Shown: positions 36,930 through 42,842 of the stretch, piece after piece | How positions within the stretch are numbered: the first letter of the stretch is position 1 | Layout: the number at the start of each line of letters is the position of its first letter | From: Candidatus Saccharimonadota bacterium | GTDB taxonomy: Bacteria > Patescibacteriota > Saccharimonadia > Saccharimonadales > VXPC01 | DNA: 64,000 nt | Assembly (NCBI GenBank): GCA_026707815.1 | Contig: JAPOWB010000006.1 | Span: 3,830 to 67,829, forward strand | Reading direction: 5' to 3' | Translations under genes and position numbers: made by a program | Notes under the pieces: generated by a model | Seen by the model: the letters and a program-made list of their open reading frames with translations, nothing else | What the model was told of the DNA's origin: nothing | The model's database searches: none

Positions 36930-37334
36930 ATGTCAAAGCTTACAATTTTGTCCTTTATTTCTGCTGTGATTTGCTTATTGGTGATTTCTTTAGCTAATCC
37001 TGTTTTGGCAGCTGTCGATTGTGATAACTTACCCCCTCTTAGCGAACTCGCCCCAGCTGAACAAGCCGAGGCGGCTCTCTGCCCTGTAATTGGTAATGAT
37101 ACTGAGACCACAACAGTGCCTGAAATTATTCAAATTATTATTGGGATATTATCTTGGGTGATAGGAATCGCATCTGTGATTGTCATCTTAGTCCAAGGTT
37201 TAAGGCTAATTTTATCCGGAGGTAATTCTCAAACTGCCACCGAAGCTAGAAATGGCATCATTTACGCTCTGGTTGGTCTGGCAGTGGCTATTTCAGCGGC
37301 TATTCTTGTTAGGTATATAGTTGATCAACTTTAA
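36930..37334 (+). CDS. T4SS pilin-like protein
   Basis: I moved the start to the ATG at 36930 (MSKLTILSFISAVICLLVISLANPVLA signal peptide). It has a Cys pair and the module ILVQGLRLILSGGNSQTATEARNGIIYALVGLAVAISA. Confidence 0.6.
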   Translation: MSKLTILSFISAVICLLVISLANPVLAAVDCDNLPPLSELAPAEQAEAALCPVIGNDTETTTVPEIIQIIIGILSWVIGIASVIVILVQGLRLILSGGNSQTATEARNGIIYALVGLAVAISAAILVRYIVDQL

Positions 37335-37409
37335 GGCTTATCTGTCTTTAAGAGGGTTCTCTGGCTTGGGATTTTACTCACTCACCTTAAAGTGTTATAA
37401 TTTGCAATT

Positions 37410-37928
37410 ATGAGTCCAATAAAAATCTTGTCTTTGAATTTAATTTATTTATATAAATCAACCAGTAGATTATTGATAATAGGTTCGGTGAGTTTGTTAT
37501 TTCTTGTTGGCATTCAAATAGCTATTTTTAATCAATCTGCTCATGCATCATGCAGCATAATTACTCATACGACTGAATCTGCTTGTGAAGCTGCCGATGG
37601 TACATGGACAGAACCAGCTTCCACGACCAATTCTATTCAGGGAGGGGTTCAGGAAGGGATAGTGACTGCTGGGGGCGACAACAATGTCAATGCCGAAGAA
37701 TCTTTGAAGGAGACAGTTAATGATATTATTAGTATTCTCGGCTGGATTGTTGGGATTGTTTCAGTTTTAATGTTGATTTATGCAGGTCTGCGTTACATTG
37801 TTTCTGGTGGTTCGGAAAAAGGAGTGACCGCTGCCAAAAAGACCATTATCTATGCTGTTATTGGTTTAGTGGTTGTCTTGCTTTCTCAAACTCTGGTTAG
37901 ATATATTTTTGATCAATTTCTCGACTAA
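37410..37928 (+). CDS. T4SS pilin-like protein
   Basis: Signal-like N-terminus ending AHA, the Cys pair CSIITHTTESAC, and the module LMLIYAGLRYIVSGGSEKGVTAAKKTIIYAVIGLVVVLLS. Confidence 0.55.
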   Translation: MSPIKILSLNLIYLYKSTSRLLIIGSVSLLFLVGIQIAIFNQSAHASCSIITHTTESACEAADGTWTEPASTTNSIQGGVQEGIVTAGGDNNVNAEESLKETVNDIISILGWIVGIVSVLMLIYAGLRYIVSGGSEKGVTAAKKTIIYAVIGLVVVLLSQTLVRYIFDQFLD

Positions 37929-38128
37929 GTTCAACTTAAATTCTAGTTGATTTAAATACCGAAAGGGGTCTCTGGGGGATCTTTTATACCCCACCCCTTG
38001 CGGTCTGTCTCAGTTTGAGTATTCTGAATACTTAAATTTTGCACTAAGATGAGATCCAAGCTCCATAAACATAAGAGGAATCATATCTGATACCTCTTTC
38101 CTTGTTTTTTGAGGGTGACTGGCTCTCT

Positions 38129-38677
38129 CTATAGATTAGTTTGAATTCTAATTTTTTTAATGGCTTCTTGCTTGAGTTTAGTGAAAGCAATCTTTAAAAT
38201 TCCATTTTCTAGGGTTGCTTTAATATCTTCTTTCTTCACATCAACAGGCAGTTCAATACTCCGAGAAAATTGCCCCCAATAACATTCTTGGACATAGTGA
38301 TTTTCAACAGTCTCAGTAATTGGCATTCCCAAAGTTCCTCGTATACTTAAGACATTATTGGAAATACTAACATCCATTTCTTTTTCATCAACTCCAGCTA
38401 CTCGGCATAAAACAATTAAATAATCCTTAGTTTCATAAACATCTAAAGCTAATTGACCGGGTAGATCAATTTTTTCGGATTCAACCCAATCTTGAGGATC
38501 ACTCTCTTGGACTTCCTTAGCCATTTCTTCATTTTGCTGAGGTTGATGATTTGATGCATCAGAATCAGTGGCTGTGGTTGGGTTTACCTGATTAATGGCA
38601 TTATCAACCTCTTCGAGGAAACCAATCAAATCATCTCCACTGTTGGGATTATAATCTTTACTCTTATCGATAGCCAT
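38129..38677 (-). CDS. Small heat-shock protein (Hsp20/alpha-crystallin family)
   Basis: Alpha-crystallin domain: LDVYETKDYLIVLCRVAGVDEKEMDVSISNNVLSIRG...LENGILKIAFTK. Confidence 0.85.
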   Translation of the reverse strand: MAIDKSKDYNPNSGDDLIGFLEEVDNAINQVNPTTATDSDASNHQPQQNEEMAKEVQESDPQDWVESEKIDLPGQLALDVYETKDYLIVLCRVAGVDEKEMDVSISNNVLSIRGTLGMPITETVENHYVQECYWGQFSRSIELPVDVKKEDIKATLENGILKIAFTKLKQEAIKKIRIQTNL

Positions 38678-38779
38678 TTCTCTTTGTTATTTCCACCCTT
38701 TATCCATCTAATGTAACGAGCTTATCCGTCACTATTTTATATAGTAAATATAACATAACTCAGATTGATAAGTAAGTTG

Positions 38780-38811
38780 ATTCTTAATCCTCTGTTGAGA
38801 GGCTTAAGAAT
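38780..38811. repeat. 32-bp near-perfect palindrome in the hsp20 / 38868-gene divergent intergenic region
   Basis: ATTCTTAATCCTCT-GTTG-AGAGGCTTAAGAAT: 14-nt arms with one mismatch and a 4-nt centre. No flanking T-run, so it is not a terminator. Confidence 0.6.
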
Positions 38812-38867
38812 GATATACTAAATATAGTTTGCTAATTGGATACTGGCTGATTATTGAGAGATAATTT

Positions 38868-39371
38868 ATGGAGCATTATAGAGTTGATACCACTAATCAA
38901 ACAGACGAATCTTCCATCAACTGGGAAATGGATGAGTATCTTCATCGTAAAAGAGGTTTATTTTGGTATGTTGGGCTTGTTGGTCTGGCAATTAGTTTAA
39001 GTTGGCTGGGGTTTTGGTTAACTGATGGTGAAGTGATTGTTCCTATTTCTATTGTCAGCATGATAGCTATCCTATTAATTTTTTCCCTAAAACAACCCTC
39101 GCGTCAAATATATAGCCTCAATCAAGAAGGCGTGCATATTGGTTCAGAATTTTATGATTATAATCATTTTAAAAACTTCTCTCTTTTTGAAGAGGATAAT
39201 TTAATCATCGTTCAGCTTTTCATCAATCAGAGATTTAAACCAGTCATAAATCTAAATCTACCCTCCAATCAAAAGGGTGACGAAATTCTAGATATTCTTG
39301 CAGAACACATAATTTACACTCCTCGAAATACTTCCGTTTTAGATCGTTTATTGCACATTTTAAAATTTTAG
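38868..39371 (+). CDS. Hypothetical 2-TM membrane protein (possibly a bacterial PH-like / YdbS-like fold)
   Basis: Two adjacent TM helices (LFWYVGLVGLAISLSWLGFWL; VIVPISIVSMIAILLIF) followed by a beta-rich soluble part. The fold guess is weak. Confidence 0.35.
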   Translation: MEHYRVDTTNQTDESSINWEMDEYLHRKRGLFWYVGLVGLAISLSWLGFWLTDGEVIVPISIVSMIAILLIFSLKQPSRQIYSLNQEGVHIGSEFYDYNHFKNFSLFEEDNLIIVQLFINQRFKPVINLNLPSNQKGDEILDILAEHIIYTPRNTSVLDRLLHILKF

Positions 39372-39373
39372 AT

Positions 39374-39450
39374 GTACCCGTAGCTCAGCTGGATAGAGCG
39401 TTGGTTTGCGGTACCAGAGGTCACAGGTTCAAATCCTGTCGGGTACGCCA
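39374..39450 (+). tRNA. tRNA-Arg (GCG anticodon)
   Basis: Acceptor GTACCCG/CGGGTAC, D arm GTAGCTCAGCTGGATAGAG (identical to the remembered E. coli tRNA-Arg D arm, with A20). Anticodon stem TTGGT/ACCAG with loop TTGCGGT (U33, G34-C35-G36, G37). T arm ACAGG-TTCAAAT-CCTGT and encoded CCA. Confidence 0.85.
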
Positions 39451-40318
39451 GAACGAATGCTATGGAACTTACTCTTACTTTTTAACTGTTTCACCTCTGT
39501 TAATTCTGAATTTAAACTGGTTCCACCTACATTTTTTAAAACATCTTCCGCTTTGATCAAAAACAGTGAATTTACCCCCGTTAAACTAGTGGTTCCACCA
39601 ACTAATTCTCTATAAGTTGGTAATCTATGGAAAAGTAATCCAAAAAGCTTAGCCTTCATGAAATTATCTAGCTTATTGTTGGCAAAATCTCCCAAATGAC
39701 TCATCAAATGTTGAATCTTTATCTTCAATTTACTTAGGTCTGGCATCCTTTCAGAAGACAAAGCTTGCTTCTCATTTTTAAGTTTTGCAATCGCTACTTC
39801 TAGACTAGATATGTCTTGTTCCAGAGATTTAATAGTTGATTCGTTGCTTAAAAGTTTAATTTTAGCAATATAAGACTGCAATTCTAGCTCTAAATTAGTG
39901 ATTTGCTTTTCAAAACTAACCACTTTATTTTGATGCCCAGCTTGAACCGCATTAAAAGATTCCTCTAAAACTTCAAAGATCTGCTCCATTTTTTGGGGAG
40001 ATAGTCGCAATTTAGATACAAAACTATCTACAGTAGCTTCTAAATCTTTTTTACTCACTCTAAAACTGTGATTTTTACCCCTGCTACAATGATAAGCAGG
40101 ATAATATTTACCACTTCTGCCCCTAGAAGCACTGCCTAATAATGGCTTATGACAATCTGGACATAAAAAAATTTCTTATAAGGATATTCGTGGCTACGCT
40201 TACCTTTATCTGTGTGGCGAACATCTTTAAAATCTTTAACTTCAATCGCTCCATCTTCTTTTTCAAGAATAACTCTACTGCCTCTATTGACCTTATTAAA
40301 CAAATGTATCAACTGCAA
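39429..40318 (-). pseudogene. Large serine recombinase-like gene, N-terminally truncated and frameshifted
   Basis: Two ORFs (40318-40136 and 40058-39429) join through a frame change at an A7/T7 run (40165-40171). The restored reading ...YPYKKFLCPDCHKPLLGSASRGRSGKYYPAYHCSRGKNHSFRVSKKDLE... is a zinc-ribbon motif followed by a coiled coil, as in the C-terminal half of large serine recombinases. No catalytic N-terminal domain is present. Confidence 0.6.
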
Positions 40319-40791
40319 TGAATAAATTCCACTTCTTTCATTATGTCGAGAGGATATCTTTTGCAGTCAATGTTTAATTTTAAACAAACATCAGGAATTT
40401 TCATTTGAGGTTGGTCCTTTCTGCGTCTACTTTCATAACTTAAAATAGATAGGGAATATTCTTGAGCATAAGCAATCATATGAGTATCAGCTATAGATCT
40501 GCTGTTACCAACATTATCTTTAGTAATCATTTTGAATCTTTTATTGATTTCTTGAGCTTGATCAATAATATTCTCATTAACTGCTTTAATCAGTTTTTGC
40601 TTTCTTAAATCAGTAATCCACTCCTTTAATCGTGATGGATATTTGCATTCATTCGCTATAGAATCAATTAATACAATTTGACCTTTTTCAATCTTATCTC
40701 TTAAATCTTGCCAAAAATTCTTGTGATAATCATGGGGACAAAAATTAGCAAAATAAATCAAAATATTAGCATCTATTAGATAAGATCTCAT
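40309..40791 (-). CDS. DUF4411 (PIN-like nuclease fold) protein; putative toxin/effector
   Basis: MRSYLIDANILIYFANFCPHDYHKNFWQDL...IADTHMIAYAQEYSLSILSYE...KIPDVCLKLNIDC matches the remembered DUF4411 pattern (YLLDANVFI...FW..L / ADP.lIA.A / kIPdvC). Confidence 0.7.
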   Translation of the reverse strand: MRSYLIDANILIYFANFCPHDYHKNFWQDLRDKIEKGQIVLIDSIANECKYPSRLKEWITDLRKQKLIKAVNENIIDQAQEINKRFKMITKDNVGNSRSIADTHMIAYAQEYSLSILSYESRRRKDQPQMKIPDVCLKLNIDCKRYPLDIMKEVEFIHCS

Positions 40792-40794
40792 GGC

Positions 40795-41925
40795 TTAAAA
40801 ACTCCCCAGTGGTAAACGTAATAATTTCTGAGTCTCTGAAGCACTTAATCTATTATCTAAATGTAGTGAAAAAATATATTCATTAAACAAAGATCCATTG
40901 CCAGATTTAATAGATGCATGGGGCGAAAACCCCCGTCTATCACTGCCTCGAAATGATTTTTTATTTTCCAAATTCTGCTGTATCTCAGATTTAAAGAAAT
41001 TCTCCAATCCATTTAAATCACTATAATTAATTTTCTTGAGATCTTTTAGTCTATAAAAGCAAGCAAGACTGCTAACTTGAAATTTTTTAGCTAAATCCTT
41101 GATGCCTTCAACATTTTCATACACCAATTGAGGTATTTCTGATTTGGGCATTAAGAAGTGAGCAGCTACTTGATTACAAAAAATCTCCTCTTTATCTTTA
41201 ATTTGATCAAATTGCCTAAAATCGATACTGTCCAAACTATCTTCTGCTCTAAACAGGTGGACTAGTTCGTGGGCTAGAGTAAATAATTGACCTGTTGAAG
41301 AATCTTCTCTATTCAATGCTATCAAAGGAGCATATTGATCATTAATATATATACCCCTCATTTCTGCTAAATCTATCTTCTCATTTCTTAAAACCGTGTT
41401 TTTGAAAACAAAAATATATTGTTTTTCTAGCAGTTCTCTTAAGTGAGCTGGAGCTTTTTTATTATTTAAATCTTTAATACGATAACCAATTTTACTTGTT
41501 ATAAATTTAGCTAGAGATTCTGCATCCTTATAATTGCAACCAGAACCTACTAAGTTATTACTAGATGTTTTATCAAATAGCATATTGTAACGAATAATAC
41601 TCTGTCTAGTCTTTAATAAACTAATAAATCGCTTTAGGTAATAGCTTTCTTCAATCTTTGTACTACGATATGCTGGAATAGTCTTAGAAATTTCTAGATT
41701 TTCTTTCATTAGAAGGTGAAAAGGTGAAATATTATAAATATCAGCTAATTTTTCTAACTGTTTATAACTCGGAGATTTATCTGTAATATTACCCGCTTCC
41801 CATAAAGCAACTTTGTCTTTCTTGGTTTTTGGATTAATTTTATGAGTAGCTTCTTGAGTAGATAAATCCATATTTTCCCTAGCAATTTTTAAGTTACTAA
41901 AATTAATATCTTGACGCCAACTCAT
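40795..41925 (-). CDS. XRE-type HTH fused to an ImmA/IrrE (M78, COG2856) zinc metallopeptidase; putative antitoxin/sensor-regulator
   Basis: N-terminal HTH (LSTQEATHKIN...ALWEAGN...SYKQLEKLADIYNISPFHLL) and an HExxH motif in FTLAHELVHLF. It lies 3 nt upstream of the DUF4411 gene. Confidence 0.75.
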   Translation of the reverse strand: MSWRQDINFSNLKIARENMDLSTQEATHKINPKTKKDKVALWEAGNITDKSPSYKQLEKLADIYNISPFHLLMKENLEISKTIPAYRSTKIEESYYLKRFISLLKTRQSIIRYNMLFDKTSSNNLVGSGCNYKDAESLAKFITSKIGYRIKDLNNKKAPAHLRELLEKQYIFVFKNTVLRNEKIDLAEMRGIYINDQYAPLIALNREDSSTGQLFTLAHELVHLFRAEDSLDSIDFRQFDQIKDKEEIFCNQVAAHFLMPKSEIPQLVYENVEGIKDLAKKFQVSSLACFYRLKDLKKINYSDLNGLENFFKSEIQQNLENKKSFRGSDRRGFSPHASIKSGNGSLFNEYIFSLHLDNRLSASETQKLLRLPLGSF

Positions 41926-41973
41926 ATTCTTCAGTCCTTAATTAAGTTTAATTCTAACATTGGATTAAATCTC

Positions 41974-42357
41974 TTACACAAAAAAGAGGTCTGAACACAG
42001 CATTTTCAATATGCGAACCTTTTCCTCTTTATTGGCTTGCTCATACAGATAAGATGACTGGTTTACCATCTCAATTAAATCAATGGTTTGATTATGGTAA
42101 TTATTCGATGATTTATTTATGTTATCTAACCGTTGCTCAAGTTGATTAATCCTCGACATCTCACTATTCGGACTTTTCGAATATTTAATTTTAGCCCAGT
42201 TTTTATTTTTTAATCTAATGTCAAAAAACTTTTTGTGAAATTCATGCAATATATCTTCTCGAGTCCATATTGCCCCAAAAATTGCATGAGATTCTGTAAA
42301 CTTTCTTGGGCTGAATGGATATGATATATCGTGGATGCTCAGAATGTGTTTATTCAA
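41974..42357 (-). CDS. Hypothetical protein (TTG start); C-terminus faintly recombinase-tail-like, possibly a gene fragment
   Basis: Coiled-coil stretch plus the ending YLYEQANKEEKVRILKMLCSDLFFV, reminiscent of large-serine-recombinase C-terminal tails. This is weak. Confidence 0.3.
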   Translation of the reverse strand: MNKHILSIHDISYPFSPRKFTESHAIFGAIWTREDILHEFHKKFFDIRLKNKNWAKIKYSKSPNSEMSRINQLEQRLDNINKSSNNYHNQTIDLIEMVNQSSYLYEQANKEEKVRILKMLCSDLFFV

Positions 42358-42755
42358 TTGATTAATTGATAAATGCTTTTTTGAACTTTGAAAATTGCTT
42401 CGGAGTTTTGTTGATTATCTTGGTAGTTAGCAGGATTTTCTATGTAAATCTGGTTGAGGCATATTTCTCTCAATATTGAAAATTCGTTTTCGGTTAACTC
42501 TAATTTTATCTTTGAGGATTGTTTATTTCTCTGTCCATCCTCCAAATCTCTAATTTTTGAGATAAGATTTTCTGTTATTAGCCTCCAATTTGTCTCGGCA
42601 TATTTTTTGTTGCCTGATTTTTGATGATATTTAAATCCCATAACATCAACCTGATTTTTAACATAGGCAATGATAATCTTAGCAGTTGCATCGTCCAATT
42701 CTAACAATTTTGTTTTACCTGATGACTTATATTTTTTCTTAAACAATTGAATCAT
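42354..42755 (-). CDS. Hypothetical protein (133 aa), no recognisable domain
   Basis: ORF only. It overlaps the downstream ORF by 4 nt (TTGA). Confidence 0.3.
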   Translation of the reverse strand: MIQLFKKKYKSSGKTKLLELDDATAKIIIAYVKNQVDVMGFKYHQKSGNKKYAETNWRLITENLISKIRDLEDGQRNKQSSKIKLELTENEFSILREICLNQIYIENPANYQDNQQNSEAIFKVQKSIYQLIN

Positions 42756-42842
42756 CTTCTTTCTTTATTTGTCATCTTATCATTTAATCTCCAAACAATC
42801 TATATGCAGACTTCCATTGGATCATTCATACAATATTGAAAA

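Larger units (their letters stand above)
39429..42755 (-). mobile_element. Remnant of an integrated element at the tRNA-Arg 3' end (decayed recombinase, TA/defence-like pair, orphan ORFs)
   Basis: The recombinase fragment overlaps the last 22 nt of the tRNA. The block is visibly AT-rich: a hand count of line 41401-41460 gives 17/60 G+C, against 29/60 for line 27481-27540. No second att copy was found by eye. Confidence 0.45.

Noticed and set aside
37929-38128. Possible small RNA or terminator after the pilin operon (hairpins AGTATT-ctg-AATACT and AGAGG...CCTCT followed by a T-rich stretch)
   Set aside because: The stems are short (5-6 bp) and AT-rich, and I recognise no conserved RNA motif. 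It may contain the operon terminator, but I cannot support a specific call.
39406-39615. 69-aa plus-strand ORF
   Set aside because: It starts inside tRNA-Arg and runs antisense to the recombinase remnant, so it is a spurious read-through ORF.
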